Of a stretch of 64,000 nucleotides of DNA, positions 32,358 to 44,259 are shown piece by piece. The notes below the pieces were generated by a model, which was not told the origin of the DNA, did not search any database, and saw nothing but the letters and a program-made list of their open reading frames with translations. Source of the stretch: Gallionella sp. Its GTDB lineage: Bacteria; Pseudomonadota; Gammaproteobacteria; Burkholderiales; Gallionellaceae. Position 1 is the first letter of the stretch, and every line of letters begins with the position of its first letter. The translations under genes and the position numbers were made by a program. Location of the stretch: the NCBI GenBank assembly GCA_003153155.1, contig PLWV01000019.1, forward strand, positions 1,137-65,136, read 5' to 3'.

Positions 32358-33905
32358 TCAAACCTGCGGATGCGCACGCTCCAGCTTGCTGTGCAATTTG
32401 TTCAGTGCGTTGAGATAGGCTTTGGCGGAGGCCACCACAATGTCGGTATCCGCCCCCTGCCCGTTCACGATGCGCCCGCCTCTGGACAGCCGCACCGTCA
32501 CTTCGCCCTGCGCATCGGTGCCGCTGGTGATGTTGTTCACCGAATACAATTGCAACTCGGTGCCGCTATGTACGATTTGCTCTATCGCCTTGAAGGTCGC
32601 ATCCACCGGCCCGCCGCCTTGCGCATCGGCTTGATGCTCCGCACCGTCGATGCTCATCAACACACGCGCCACCGGCAACACGCCCGTTTCGGAATGCGCG
32701 CCCATAGCCACCAAGCGGTAATGCTCACTGACCTGCGCCACCGCTTCATCGCTGACCAAAGCCTGCAAGTCTTCATCGAAGATTTCGTGCTTGCGATCCG
32801 CCAATTCCTTGAAGCGCTGGAAGACCGCATTGAAAGCTTCTTCCGAAGCGAACTCGATATTCAGCGCGATGAAACGCTGGCGCAATGCATTGCGCCCGGA
32901 GAGCTTGCCCAGAGTCAACTTGTTGGCATTCCAGCCCACGTCTTCGGCACGCATGATCTCGTAAGTTTCCCTATGCTTGAGCACACCGTCCTGATGTATG
33001 CCGGACTCATGCGCAAACGCATTCGCGCCGACGATCGCCTTGTTCGGTTGCACCGGATAACCGGTGATACTGGAAACCAACTTGGAGGTCGGCACAATTT
33101 GAGTGGTGTCGATGCGCGTATCCAGGTTGAACACATCACGGCGGGTTCTCACTGCCATGACGATTTCTTCCAACGAAGCATTACCGGCCCGTTCGCCCAA
33201 GCCGTTGATGGTGCATTCCACCTGGCGCGCGCCGTTCATCACCGCAGCCAATGAGTTGGCCACCGCCAAGCCCAGATCGTTGTGACAGTGGGTGGACCAA
33301 ACCACCTTGTCTGCATTCGGCACGCGCGCTATCAATTGCTTGATGCGTTCGCCCCACAAGGCGGGAATGGAATAACCCACCGTGTCAGGCACATTCAATG
33401 TTGTGGCGCCAGCCTGAATCACCGCATCGAACACGCGCACCAGAAAATCCATGTCCGAACGCACCGCATCCTCAGCGGAAAATTCGACATCGTCGGTATA
33501 TTCCAGCGCCCACTTCACCGCACTCACCGCGCGTTCGACCACTTGGTCCTGGGTCATGCGCAACTTGTGCTGCATATGGATCGGGCTGGTGGCAATAAAG
33601 GTGTGGATGCGCCCCGACTTGGCCGGCTGAATAGATTCACCGGCGCGGCGCACGTCATTCTCGGTTGCGCGCGCCAACGAACATACCGTGGCATCCTTAA
33701 TAGTCTCTGCAACTGCCCGTACCGCTTCAAAATCACCTGGGCTGGCCGCGGCAAAACCGGCCTCGATGATGTCCACGCCCAATTTTTCCAGTTGGCGGGC
33801 AATGCGGATTTTCATTTCCCTGGTCATCGCCGCGCCGGGACTCTGCTCGCCATCGCGTAAAGTGGTATCAAAAATTATCAATTTTTCTGTCATGCTGAAC
33901 TCCAT
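32358..33905 (-). CDS. leuA: 2-isopropylmalate synthase
   Basis: [44 protein letters not shown]. Confidence 0.97.
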   Translation of the reverse strand: MEFSMTEKLIIFDTTLRDGEQSPGAAMTREMKIRIARQLEKLGVDIIEAGFAAASPGDFEAVRAVAETIKDATVCSLARATENDVRRAGESIQPAKSGRIHTFIATSPIHMQHKLRMTQDQVVERAVSAVKWALEYTDDVEFSAEDAVRSDMDFLVRVFDAVIQAGATTLNVPDTVGYSIPALWGERIKQLIARVPNADKVVWSTHCHNDLGLAVANSLAAVMNGARQVECTINGLGERAGNASLEEIVMAVRTRRDVFNLDTRIDTTQIVPTSKLVSSITGYPVQPNKAIVGANAFAHESGIHQDGVLKHRETYEIMRAEDVGWNANKLTLGKLSGRNALRQRFIALNIEFASEEAFNAVFQRFKELADRKHEIFDEDLQALVSDEAVAQVSEHYRLVAMGAHSETGVLPVARVLMSIDGAEHQADAQGGGPVDATFKAIEQIVHSGTELQLYSVNNITSGTDAQGEVTVRLSRGGRIVNGQGADTDIVVASAKAYLNALNKLHSKLERAHPQV

Positions 33906-33973
33906 TGCAAAATAGATTTAACCTGCGGAACCGATACGGTTGCCGCGCTTGTTTCAAACTTGTAGGGGTGTGA

Positions 33974-34054
33974 TTAGCGCGCGCCGCGCAGCAGCAGCGC
34001 AGCCAGCAGGCTGAACGTGGAATGGAGTGTTGCGATGTGGGTAGAGAAGTGCAT
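33974..34054 (-). CDS. Putative Leu-rich leader peptide of leuA
   Basis: MHFSTHIATLHSTFSLLAALLLRGAR* (LLAALLL cluster), ending ~70 nt before leuA, with a GCGG-AACCG/CGGTT-CCGC hairpin downstream. Confidence 0.65.
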   Translation of the reverse strand: MHFSTHIATLHSTFSLLAALLLRGAR

Positions 34055-34096
34055 GGGGCGAATATTACCAGTTTTATCGCTTCATGCAATGGGCTG

Positions 34097-34831
34097 TTAT
34101 TTCTGACGTCTCCGCCGAACCCACAGCACATAGCCGGACAAGGCATAGCACATGAACAACCCGAACAACACGCCGGGCGGGTAGCTGGAAATAAAGATGA
34201 AGAATAATGCGGCCAGAAAGATCACTACAAACGGCACACTTTTGCGCATGTTGAAATCTTTGAAGCTGTAGAACGGCAGATTGCTGACCATACTCAATCC
34301 GGCAAACACGGCCAGCGCGGCTGCATACCAACGCACCGACTCACCACTAATATCATAGTCATGCATCACCCAGACAAATCCGGCGATGAGTGCCGCCGCC
34401 GCCGGACTGGGCAACCCTTGGAAATAGCGTTTGTCCACCACTTCGATATTGGTGTTGAAGCGCGCCAGACGCAACGCCGTCGCCGCACAATAAATGAAGG
34501 CGGCAAACCAGCCCCATTTCCCCAACCCTTTTAATGCCCATTCGTAAACCACCAAAGAAGGCGCGATACCGAACGAAACCATGTCGGAAAGGCTGTCGTA
34601 TTCCGCACCGAATTCGCTTTGCGTATGCGTCAAGCGAGCCACGCGTCCATCCAGCCCATCCAGCACCATGGCGATGAAAATGGCCACAGCGGAATGTTCA
34701 AAATAACCGTTCATCGCCTGCACGATAGCGTAGAAGCCGGCGAATAGCGCACCGGTGGTAAACAGATTGGGCAGCAGATAAATTCCGCGCCTGCGCAGAT
34801 TCATCGGTTTGCGTGTGTTGAATTCGTCCAT
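34097..34831 (-). CDS. pssA: CDP-diacylglycerol-serine O-phosphatidyltransferase
   Basis: LPNLFT, DGLDGRVARL, FGAEYDSLSDMVSFG.AP, LRLARFN. Confidence 0.95.
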   Translation of the reverse strand: MDEFNTRKPMNLRRRGIYLLPNLFTTGALFAGFYAIVQAMNGYFEHSAVAIFIAMVLDGLDGRVARLTHTQSEFGAEYDSLSDMVSFGIAPSLVVYEWALKGLGKWGWFAAFIYCAATALRLARFNTNIEVVDKRYFQGLPSPAAAALIAGFVWVMHDYDISGESVRWYAAALAVFAGLSMVSNLPFYSFKDFNMRKSVPFVVIFLAALFFIFISSYPPGVLFGLFMCYALSGYVLWVRRRRQK

Positions 34832-34835
34832 ATGC

Positions 34836-35489
34836 CTAGAGTAACCGTTTTACGCCAACACTGCCAAGATGGTTGTGGGCCGACACCTTGTCGCCGATAC
34901 TAACCTTCACGCTGGCATCTAAAGGTAGATATACATCCACACGCGAACCGAAGCGAATGAAGCCATAGCGTTGCCCGCGCGTCAGCACATCACCTGCCTT
35001 GACGTAGCACAAAATACGCCGCGCGATCAGACCCGCCACTTGCACCGAGGTGATGTCCGTACCGTTGGCTGTTTTCAGCCAAACCGCGTTGCGCTCGTTC
35101 TCCGTGAAGGCTTTGTCCAGATCGGCATTCACGAACTTGCCAGGAAAATACCTGACCTGCTGCACCGTGCCGTCCACCGGACTGCGGTTGGAATGCACTT
35201 TGAACACGTTCATGAACACGCTGACCTTGATGGCTTCGCGCTGCACGTAAGGATCGTTGACGCGCTCTACCGCGACGATGCGCCCGTCAGCGGGTGATAG
35301 CACCGCGCCGAAATCCTGCGGAATTTCGCGCGCCGGATCGCGGAAGAATTGCAATACGAACAGCGCGATGATCCATGCCAGGAAAGCAATGATGCCGCCG
35401 GCAAAAATGGATAACAGCAGCGCAATAACGACCGAACCTGCCAGGAACGGCCAGCCTTCGCGGGCGATGACGGGATGAGGATAATTCAT
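34836..35489 (-). CDS. psd: Phosphatidylserine decarboxylase (possible +1 slip near the C-terminus)
   Basis: [33 protein letters not shown] self-cleavage motif. Confidence 0.93.
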   Translation of the reverse strand: MNYPHPVIAREGWPFLAGSVVIALLLSIFAGGIIAFLAWIIALFVLQFFRDPAREIPQDFGAVLSPADGRIVAVERVNDPYVQREAIKVSVFMNVFKVHSNRSPVDGTVQQVRYFPGKFVNADLDKAFTENERNAVWLKTANGTDITSVQVAGLIARRILCYVKAGDVLTRGQRYGFIRFGSRVDVYLPLDASVKVSIGDKVSAHNHLGSVGVKRLL

Positions 35490-35504
35490 AAATGCAGTTG
35501 AGTG

Positions 35505-35606
35505 TCGTAAGACGTAAGTTGGTAGTTGGGAACGTAAGTTGGTATTGAAGATGTGAGTTGGGAGTCGGCCTTGGCCTTAACTAACAACTTACGTCTTCCA
35601 GCTTAC
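35505..35606. repeat. Degenerate inverted short-tandem-repeat pair (CGTAAGTT / AACTTACG)
   Basis: gtcgtaa-gacgtaagtt...aacgtaagtt against aacttacgtc...gcttacgg, between psd and ilvC. Confidence 0.55.
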
Positions 35607-35608
35607 GG

Positions 35609-36634
<1,026 letters not shown>

Positions 36635-36648
36635 TTAAAAATAAAAAA

Positions 36649-36742
36649 TTAGTCGTTAGTCGTTAGTCGTTAGTCGTAAGTCGTTAGTTAAACAAAACCC
36701 GCTTAGCGGACAAAGCCAACTAACGACTAACGTCTAACGTCT
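36649..36742. repeat. Inverted pair of heptamer tandem repeats (GTCGTTA x5 / CTAACGA x3)
   Basis: Seen directly between ilvC and ilvH. Confidence 0.8.
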
Positions 36743-36761
36743 GCTTTTAACTGCCTTTAGC

Positions 36762-37256
36762 TCACAGTTTCAAAATTCGTTCGCCGCGCCCAATACCCGA
36801 AGCACCGGTGCGCACCGTTTCCAGAATCAGGTCGCGCCCGACCGCTTGCAAAAAGCTGTCCAGTTTGGCGCAGGTATCGGTCAGTTCGATGGTGCAAGTA
36901 CGATCAGATTCGTCTATAACGCGCCCATGAAAAATATCCGTAATACGCTTCAGCTCCGCGCGAGCCGCTCCTTCCGAGCGCACTTTGATCAGCATCAACT
37001 CGCGTTCCAGATGCTCGCCTTCGCTCAGATCCATCACCGCCGCCACGTCAATCAGCTTGTTGAGTTGCTTATTGATTTGCTCGATGACCGCATCCGAACC
37101 GTTGGTGACGATGGTCATGCGCGACAAGGTCGGATCCTCCGTCGGGGCGACCGCCAGCGACTCGATGTTATAGCCGCGTGCCGAGAACAACCCGGCCACA
37201 CGTGACAAAGCACCCGCCTCGTTTTCCATCAGCAGAGAAATGATATGCCGCATCAC
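36762..37256 (-). CDS. ilvH: Acetolactate synthase small subunit
   Basis: ENEAGALSRVAGLFSARGYNIESL, QLNKLIDV, ERELMLIKV. Confidence 0.96.
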   Translation of the reverse strand: MMRHIISLLMENEAGALSRVAGLFSARGYNIESLAVAPTEDPTLSRMTIVTNGSDAVIEQINKQLNKLIDVAAVMDLSEGEHLERELMLIKVRSEGAARAELKRITDIFHGRVIDESDRTCTIELTDTCAKLDSFLQAVGRDLILETVRTGASGIGRGERILKL

Positions 37257-38962
37257 AGATCCTCCGACAAAATCACTTCCGACAAACCCTTGCCGCCCGG
37301 CACCATCGGAAACACGTTTTCCGTCGGATCAGTCTGAAAATCCATGAACACCAAATCTTTCTTGCGCGCGAAGGCTTCTTTCAAAGCCGGCTCCACATCG
37401 GAAGGTTTATCAATACGCATGCCAACATGCCCATAAGCCTCGGCCAATTTCACAAAATCCGGCAAAGCATCCATGTATGATCCCGAGTAGCGGTTGCCAT
37501 GGAAGAACTCCTGCCATTGCCGCACCATGCCCAGATAACGGTTGTTAAGCGACACCACTTTGATCGGCAGATGGAACTGCTTGCAGGTGGAAAGTTCCTG
37601 AATGTTCATCTGGATACTGCCCTCGCCCGTCACACAGGCCACCGTTGCGCCGGGATTGATCAACTGCACTCCCATCGCGGCGGGCAAACCAAAGCCCATC
37701 GTACCTAGCCCGCCGGAGTTGATCCAACGGCGCGGTTTATTAAACTTGTAGTATTGCGCCGCCCACATCTGATGCTGTCCCACATCCGAGGTAACGAAGG
37801 CATCACCGCCGGTAACCTCGTAGAGTTTCTCGATGACGAATTGCGGCTTGATGATTTCGGTAGAATTTTTGTAGCGCAATCCACCGCCTTTGACACGCCA
37901 CTCATCCACTTGTTTCCACCAGGCGGTCAGGTCCGATGCATCGGACTTTTGTTTGCTGCTGCGCAATGCGTTCAACATTTGGTCCAGCACCAATTTCAGA
38001 TCGCCGACCACCGGCACATCCACCTTGACGCGCTTGGCGATGGAGGAAGGATCGATATCGATGTGGATGATTTTGCGTGGCACTTGAGCAAAATGTTCGA
38101 CGTTGCCGATCACCCGGTCGTCAAAGCGCGCACCGACGGCCAACAGCACATCGCAATGCTGCATCGCCATACATGCTTCATAAGTACCATGCATACCGGG
38201 CATTCCGACAAACTGCTTATCGCTGGCGGGGTAAGCGCCCAAACCCATCAGCGTAGTGGTACAAGGGAAACCAAGCAGACGCACCAGCTCGATCAATTGC
38301 GCCGATGCCCCGGACAGCACTACACCACCCCCGCTGTAAATCATCGGGCGCTTGGCTTCCAGCAGTATTTGCACAGCACGCTTGATTTGCGCGCTATCGC
38401 CCTTGCCTGCCGGATTGTAGGAGCGAATGTTGACACTGCTCGGATAAATGAATTCGGCTTTATGATTGGATATGTCTTTTGGAATATCCACCAGCACCGG
38501 TCCCGGACGCCCTGACTTGGCCAAATAAAAAGCTTTCTTGATGGTTGGCGCGATGTCCTTCACGTCTTTAATCAAAAAGTTGTGCTTCACGCAAGGGCGG
38601 GTTATACCCACCGCATCGACTTCCTGGAACGCATCTTCGCCGATCGCATAGCTGGGAACCTGACCGCTGATCACCACCAGCGGGATCGAGTCCATATAGG
38701 CCGTGGCAATCCCCGTAACCGCATTGGTGATCCCGGGACCAGAGGTGACCAATGCCACGCCCACTTTCTCCGAAGAACGCGCATAGCCATCGGCAGCGTG
38801 TATAGCTGCTTGTTCATGGCGCACTAAAATGTGCTTAACCTTATCTTGCTGAAACAGCGCGTCATAAATATGCAGTACTGCCCCACCAGGGTAGCCGAAT
38901 ATGTATTCAACCCCCTCTTCCTGCAAACAGCGGATAGCAATTTCCGCACCAGTCAACTCCAT
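37253..38962 (-). CDS. ilvI: Acetolactate synthase large subunit
   Basis: MELTGAE, FGYPGGAVL, RHEQAA.HAADGYAR, DVGQHQMW, SGGLGTMG, LNN.YLGMVRQWQ. Confidence 0.96.
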   Translation of the reverse strand: MELTGAEIAIRCLQEEGVEYIFGYPGGAVLHIYDALFQQDKVKHILVRHEQAAIHAADGYARSSEKVGVALVTSGPGITNAVTGIATAYMDSIPLVVISGQVPSYAIGEDAFQEVDAVGITRPCVKHNFLIKDVKDIAPTIKKAFYLAKSGRPGPVLVDIPKDISNHKAEFIYPSSVNIRSYNPAGKGDSAQIKRAVQILLEAKRPMIYSGGGVVLSGASAQLIELVRLLGFPCTTTLMGLGAYPASDKQFVGMPGMHGTYEACMAMQHCDVLLAVGARFDDRVIGNVEHFAQVPRKIIHIDIDPSSIAKRVKVDVPVVGDLKLVLDQMLNALRSSKQKSDASDLTAWWKQVDEWRVKGGGLRYKNSTEIIKPQFVIEKLYEVTGGDAFVTSDVGQHQMWAAQYYKFNKPRRWINSGGLGTMGFGLPAAMGVQLINPGATVACVTGEGSIQMNIQELSTCKQFHLPIKVVSLNNRYLGMVRQWQEFFHGNRYSGSYMDALPDFVKLAEAYGHVGMRIDKPSDVEPALKEAFARKKDLVFMDFQTDPTENVFPMVPGGKGLSEVILSEDL

Positions 38963-39101
38963 CACAAACACCTTAAATTTAAACGAAATAGAACCGCGTA
39001 AGATAATGGTTGGCAGCGTTTTGGTCAACCTTTGCCGTGCTGCCAACATGGTTTCAAGCGGTATGGGTAACAATTTGCTACCATGAGCGCACTAGCAAAG
39101 G

Positions 39102-39680
39102 GTGATAAAACTGAGTACTTCCGCTGAATTAAGCCAATTTCTCAGCAGCGTTGAGCGTCGCGCATTTAAACATGCGGTGTTTGCCGTGCGCGATGATCAC
39201 ACTGCGTTGGACATCGTTCAAGACGCGATGCTCAAGCTGGCGGAAAAATATGGCGACAAACCTGCCGAGGAACTGCCGATGTTGTTCCAACGCATTCTGC
39301 AAAATACCATTCGCGATCATTATCGCAGGCAAAAAGTTCGATCCTCATGGATAACACTGTTTTCCGGCTTGCAACCCAAACACGATGAAGAAGAATTCGA
39401 CCCGCTGGACGTGCTTGAAGACAGCGAAAACCGAACCTCACCTCTTGTGCCCGAGGAGTCTTTGCAACAAAGACAAATTATTGCGCTAATCGAACAAGCA
39501 CTTGGTAAACTCCCTGCACGTCAACGCGAAGCCTTCCTGCTGCGTTACTGGGAGGGACTGGACACAACCGAGACCGCCGCAGCGATGGGCTGTACCGAGG
39601 GCAGCGTAAAAACCCACTGTTCACGTGCTGTGCACGCACTTGCTGTCTCCCTTAAAGCAAAAGGAGTAGAACTACCATGA
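39102..39680 (+). CDS. ECF RNA polymerase sigma factor
   Basis: ALDIVQDAMLKL, FQRILQNTIRD, LPARQREAFLLRYWEGL...TA..MGC.EGSVKTHCSRA. Confidence 0.92.
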   Translation: MIKLSTSAELSQFLSSVERRAFKHAVFAVRDDHTALDIVQDAMLKLAEKYGDKPAEELPMLFQRILQNTIRDHYRRQKVRSSWITLFSGLQPKHDEEEFDPLDVLEDSENRTSPLVPEESLQQRQIIALIEQALGKLPARQREAFLLRYWEGLDTTETAAAMGCTEGSVKTHCSRAVHALAVSLKAKGVELP

Positions 39681-40027
39681 CCAACGAATTAGATCCCAGA
39701 AAGATAGCTCAATTGCTGACACAAAGCACCCGGCAATTGGATGAGGCCACTTTATCCGCATTGGTCAACGCACGCCAGAACGCACTGAAAAGGCAATCAG
39801 TACGCGCGGCCGTTTTCGCGCTTACTCCAACTTCCGCACACACCTCGGCTCGCTGGACAGATAGACTGATACCACACTCGGCCCAACCGTGGATAGCCGC
39901 CGGACTGCTTGCTGCTATACTCGTCGCTGGAACGAGTTATTGGCAACACGTTCAAGAACAGCAAATCGGCGAACTTGATGTGGCGATTTTGACTGACGAC
40001 CTGCCGATCGAGGCTTTCGTTGATTAA
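39677..40027 (+). CDS. DUF3619-like membrane protein (putative anti-sigma factor)
   Basis: One TM, C-terminal LTDDLPIEAFVD; position after the ECF sigma. Confidence 0.75.
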   Translation: MTNELDPRKIAQLLTQSTRQLDEATLSALVNARQNALKRQSVRAAVFALTPTSAHTSARWTDRLIPHSAQPWIAAGLLAAILVAGTSYWQHVQEQQIGELDVAILTDDLPIEAFVD

Positions 40028-40048
40028 TTCCTAGAAGTGTCTTAACGA

Positions 40049-40486
40049 ATGAAAAGTTTTGTGCCTGTTCAAATGCAAAATTATGTAGTTGCTGTGTTTT
40101 TGCTGCTGTGCTTGACCAGTGTACCCACTAGCGCCGCAACGCAGTCTTGGCGTTCCCTCACCCCAACGGAGCGAGAAGCTCTTGCCCCCATGGTGCAGCA
40201 GTGGGACACCCTGCCGGAACTGCAACGGCACCGCCTGCTCGAAACAGCCAAACGCTATTCACAACTGACACCCGAACAAAAGCAACGCTACCATGACCGC
40301 CTGGAAAAATGGAGCAAGCTTACCCCTGAACAACGCGAAGCCGCCCGTAAAAAATATCTCGCCTTTAACAAACTACCGGCAAAAGAACGGGAAAAGGTAA
40401 AACAGATGGTCAAAGAAAAGCAAGCAAGAAAAGCCCAGCAGCCAGCCAGCGGGGTTTCTGCTGCGCCAGTAACCAATCAGCAGTAA
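40049..40486 (+). CDS. DUF3106-like exported protein
   Basis: W..LTP.E..ALAP...WD.L...W.KLTPEQR..AR repeats. Confidence 0.78.
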   Translation: MKSFVPVQMQNYVVAVFLLLCLTSVPTSAATQSWRSLTPTEREALAPMVQQWDTLPELQRHRLLETAKRYSQLTPEQKQRYHDRLEKWSKLTPEQREAARKKYLAFNKLPAKEREKVKQMVKEKQARKAQQPASGVSAAPVTNQQ

Positions 40487-41563
40487 TCAGCGTCGCTCCG
40501 TCCACCAAAGCATCACCATCCCAAGCAGCAAAAACAATCCGGTCATCGCAGTGGCGCTGATGAAGGGCTGCCAGTCGTTGAGCGCGCCCAAACTGGCAAA
40601 TAACCGCCCGGTAAAGTGAAACACCAAGCCAAGCACAATGCCCAAGAATATCATCGCACCGACCCCCCCCGCGCGCCGATGGTAAGACGCAAACGGCAGC
40701 GCCAGCAGCATCATCACCAGTGATGCAAACGGATAAACCAGCTTGTTCCACATCGCGATTTCATAACGCGCGCTTTTTTGGTGGTTCTCTTTCAAATGTT
40801 CGGCGTATACGAACAAATCGTAGGCGGACATTTGTTCCGGCACCACCAACAACACGCTCAGAATGCCTGGGGTCAGCGCCGAACGCCATTCCTGTTTGGG
40901 CTGGACATCAATATCAGTACCGCCTTTGCCAAAGCGCGTCTCCAGCACATCCTCAAGCTGCCAACGCCCTTCCTCAATAAAGTTTGCCCGCTTGGCATTG
41001 ATAATCGACTGCAAGTGATAGGTTTCATCGAATTGGTAAATATCAATATTCAACAGGCTGGTGTCCGGCATCACGTTCTTCACATTCACGAAGCTGCGCT
41101 CGTCCTTGACCCACACGCCGGAACGAAATTCCTTCAGCGAAACTTGCGCGTTCTGCGCCTTCAAACGCAATTTCTGCGCCATCCGCTCACTCGGCGGCGC
41201 AAGCAATTCGCCACAAACAAAACTCAACACCACCAGTGGCAAGGCAATCTTGAACAGCGCGCCGACCATCTGCCAAAGCGATGCGCCGGAAGATCGAAAA
41301 ACCGTCAATTCCGAGCTGGCTGCCATTTGCACCAGCGCAATAATAGTACCGATCAGCACCGCCACCGGAAACAGTTCATAGACATGGCCTGGAATGGTCA
41401 GTGTGACGAACAGCAACACATAGCCCAAGTGATACTGCCCCTGCCCCATCACATTCAGTTCATGAATCAGATCCAGAAATGCGAACAGCATGATGAGCGC
41501 GAAAAACACCACCCCGATGCTGAGGTAAATTTCACGGCCAAGATAGCGCGTCAGCAGGTTCAT
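40487..41563 (-). CDS. lptG: LPS export permease
   Basis: MNLLTRYLGREIY, SSELTVFRSSG.SL, W.KDERSFVN, YEIAMWNKL.YP. Confidence 0.94.
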   Translation of the reverse strand: MNLLTRYLGREIYLSIGVVFFALIMLFAFLDLIHELNVMGQGQYHLGYVLLFVTLTIPGHVYELFPVAVLIGTIIALVQMAASSELTVFRSSGASLWQMVGALFKIALPLVVLSFVCGELLAPPSERMAQKLRLKAQNAQVSLKEFRSGVWVKDERSFVNVKNVMPDTSLLNIDIYQFDETYHLQSIINAKRANFIEEGRWQLEDVLETRFGKGGTDIDVQPKQEWRSALTPGILSVLLVVPEQMSAYDLFVYAEHLKENHQKSARYEIAMWNKLVYPFASLVMMLLALPFASYHRRAGGVGAMIFLGIVLGLVFHFTGRLFASLGALNDWQPFISATAMTGLFLLLGMVMLWWTERR

Positions 41564-42678
41564 ACCTTTACCTCGGCTCCTCGCTTCGATCTCCTCTTCC
41601 AGAGGGAGATCGAGAACAATGTCATGCGGCGATAAAACATCAACGCCGTTATCGTCAGCATTACCGCATGTATGCCCCACAGGCCGATGCCGGGCGACAG
41701 TTTGCCTTGACCTACCCAGGCATTGGTGACACTGATCATGTTGCTATAAAGCATATACAGCACGATCGCCAAAATCAGATTGAGCGAACGACCCGCACGC
41801 GGATTGACATAGCTCAAGGGAATCGCCAACAGGGCAAGAATCGTCGCGCTGATCGGCAACCCGAATCGCCATTCCAGCTCGGCGAGATTCCACGTTGTGG
41901 GGTTGCGCCATAATTCCGGCGTCGGCATGGAGTGCACCTGAGGCTCGGACTGTTTGACAGGCGCTGCATCAATGCGGATCGCATAGCGTTCAAATTCCAC
42001 GATGCTATAATCGCGCTGACCCGGCGTGCCTTCATAACGCGTGCCATTCAGCAACACCAAAAAACGATCCCCGTTTGACAAAGTTTCCTGCAAACCTTGC
42101 CGCGCCACCATCGTGCCGAGTTTGCCGTTTTGCTCGGATTGCACAAAGATGTTGCCAACGCGGTTGGATCCCGCATCGGCATTATCAACAAAATACACCC
42201 GGTCGGCCTGCTTGGACTCGCGGAACATACCCGGTGTCGCGGACGTGACATCACCACGACTTTCCAATTTACTCTTGAACTCATCGGCCTTACGCAGTGC
42301 CCACGGCGACAGCAACAGACTAAGCAGAGCAATCAAGCCCACCACCGGCACGGCATACCATAAGACCGGACGTATCCAGCGCGTCAGCCCGATGCCGGAA
42401 CAAAACCACACCACCATCTCGCTGTCGCGATAACAGCGCGATAAGGTAAGCAGAATGGATATGAACAAACTGATGGATAGCAACACCGGCAGATAATTCA
42501 TGGCACTGAAGCCCAGCAGAGCCAACACCCCATCCACTGCTATCACGCCGCTGACCGCGTCGCTTAACAGGCGTATCAGTTGGCTGACCACCACAATACC
42601 GATCAACACCGCGAATACCAGCAATCCATTGCTGGCAAATTCACTCACCAAAGCACGATGGAAAATCCCAGTGCGCAA
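41560..42678 (-). CDS. lptF: LPS export permease (start approximate)
   Basis: IFHRAL..EF, RCYRDSEMVVW..SGIGL, ELEWRFGLP, NPRAGRS.NL. Confidence 0.94.
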   Translation of the reverse strand: MRTGIFHRALVSEFASNGLLVFAVLIGIVVVSQLIRLLSDAVSGVIAVDGVLALLGFSAMNYLPVLLSISLFISILLTLSRCYRDSEMVVWFCSGIGLTRWIRPVLWYAVPVVGLIALLSLLLSPWALRKADEFKSKLESRGDVTSATPGMFRESKQADRVYFVDNADAGSNRVGNIFVQSEQNGKLGTMVARQGLQETLSNGDRFLVLLNGTRYEGTPGQRDYSIVEFERYAIRIDAAPVKQSEPQVHSMPTPELWRNPTTWNLAELEWRFGLPISATILALLAIPLSYVNPRAGRSLNLILAIVLYMLYSNMISVTNAWVGQGKLSPGIGLWGIHAVMLTITALMFYRRMTLFSISLWKRRSKRGAEVKV

Positions 42679-42755
42679 TGGCTTTGACTTTATACGGTAA
42701 GTTTGCGGATAATCGGACATATAGGCGCAGGTTTTTCAATATTAAGGAGCAACAC

Positions 42756-44246
42756 GTGGAATTTAGCATAAAACAAAGCAGTCCGGAAAAACAGCGCAGT
42801 GGCTGCGTGGTCGTTGGCGTGTATGAAGGCGGCAAACTCTCGACGGCAGCTCAGCTGCTAGACAAGGCTGCAGCGCATCATTTAAGCGACCTCATCGCGC
42901 GCGGCGACATGAATGGCAAGGCCGGCAGCACCTTGATGCTGCATCACGTTGCCAACATCGTTGCGGACCGCGTGTTGCTGGTTGGCCTTGGCAAAGCCAA
43001 TGAATTTGCGGCCAAACAACTCCTCGACGTGTTGCGCGCTAGTTTAGGCGCGCTGCAAAAAACTGCCTGCAAAGATGCCGCGCTGTATCTCACTGACCTG
43101 CCCGTCAAGGGTCGCGATGAGGCCTGGAAGATCATGCAGACCGTGCTGATCGCTGCCGAATCCGGCTACCGTTGTGACCAACTCAAGAGCAAGCCTGCCG
43201 ATGCGTCGACGCTGCGCAAAATCCTGCTGGGCTGCGCCGACAAACCCGGCAACGCCGCACAAGCAGCACTCAGCCAAGCTGCCGCTATCGCACACGGCAT
43301 GAAATTGACCAAGGATTTAGGCAATTTGCCCAGTAACATCTGTACGCCGACTTATCTGGCCGACCAGGCTAAAACACTGGCCAAAGAGCACAAACTCAAG
43401 GCAACTATCCTCGAAGAAAAGGACATGCGGAAACTGGGCATGCATTCATTGCTATCCGTCACGCACGGTAGTCGCCAACCTGCCAAATTAATCACACTGG
43501 AATACCAAGGTGGCAACAAAAAACAAAAGCCTGTCGTGCTGGTCGGCAAGGGCATCACTTTCGACAGCGGCGGCATTTCGCTCAAACCCGGCGCGGAAAT
43601 GGACGAAATGAAATACGACATGTGCGGAGCCGCCAGCGTGCTCGGCACGATGCTGGCAATTGCCGAAATGGGCTTGAAGCTGAATGTGGTCGCGGTGATC
43701 CCCAGTTGCGAAAACATGCCGGACGGTGCCGCCAGCAAACCCGGCGACATCGTAAAGAGCATGTCCGGTCAGACCATCGAAATCCTCAACACTGATGCGG
43801 AAGGCCGTTTGATCCTGTGTGACGCGCTGACCTATGCCGCACGCTTTGAACCGGACACCGTGGTGGACATCGCCACCCTTACCGGTGCATGCGTCATTGC
43901 ACTTGGTCACGTTGCCAGCGGGCTGTTCAGCAACGACGACAAACTTGCCAAGGAGTTGCTGGATGCGGGCGATTACTCATATGACCGCGCCTGGCACCTG
44001 CCACTGTGGGACGACTATCAGCAACTGCTGGACAGCAACTTTGCCGACATGCAGAACATCGGCGGGCGAGCCGGTGGCAGCATCACTGCCGCTTGTTTCC
44101 TGTCGCGCTTCACCAAGGATTACCGCTGGGCGCATCTGGACATCGCCGGAACCGCATGGAAGTCCGGCAAGGACAAAGGCGCGACCGGCCGTCCTGTGCC
44201 GTTGCTCACACTGTATTTAATCAAGCGCGCACAAACCGCCAAATAA
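42756..44246 (+). CDS. pepA: Leucyl aminopeptidase
   Basis: AAGGAG RBS with GTG start; GKGITFDSGGISLKP, MKYDMCGA, NTDAEGRLILCD. Confidence 0.97.
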   Translation: MEFSIKQSSPEKQRSGCVVVGVYEGGKLSTAAQLLDKAAAHHLSDLIARGDMNGKAGSTLMLHHVANIVADRVLLVGLGKANEFAAKQLLDVLRASLGALQKTACKDAALYLTDLPVKGRDEAWKIMQTVLIAAESGYRCDQLKSKPADASTLRKILLGCADKPGNAAQAALSQAAAIAHGMKLTKDLGNLPSNICTPTYLADQAKTLAKEHKLKATILEEKDMRKLGMHSLLSVTHGSRQPAKLITLEYQGGNKKQKPVVLVGKGITFDSGGISLKPGAEMDEMKYDMCGAASVLGTMLAIAEMGLKLNVVAVIPSCENMPDGAASKPGDIVKSMSGQTIEILNTDAEGRLILCDALTYAARFEPDTVVDIATLTGACVIALGHVASGLFSNDDKLAKELLDAGDYSYDRAWHLPLWDDYQQLLDSNFADMQNIGGRAGGSITAACFLSRFTKDYRWAHLDIAGTAWKSGKDKGATGRPVPLLTLYLIKRAQTAK

Positions 44247-44259
44247 TGACCCCAAAATA

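Noticed and set aside
38963-39085. ilv attenuator leader
   Set aside because: A GTTGGCAGC/GCTGCCAAC hairpin exists, but there is no Ile/Leu/Val-rich uORF or U-tract.
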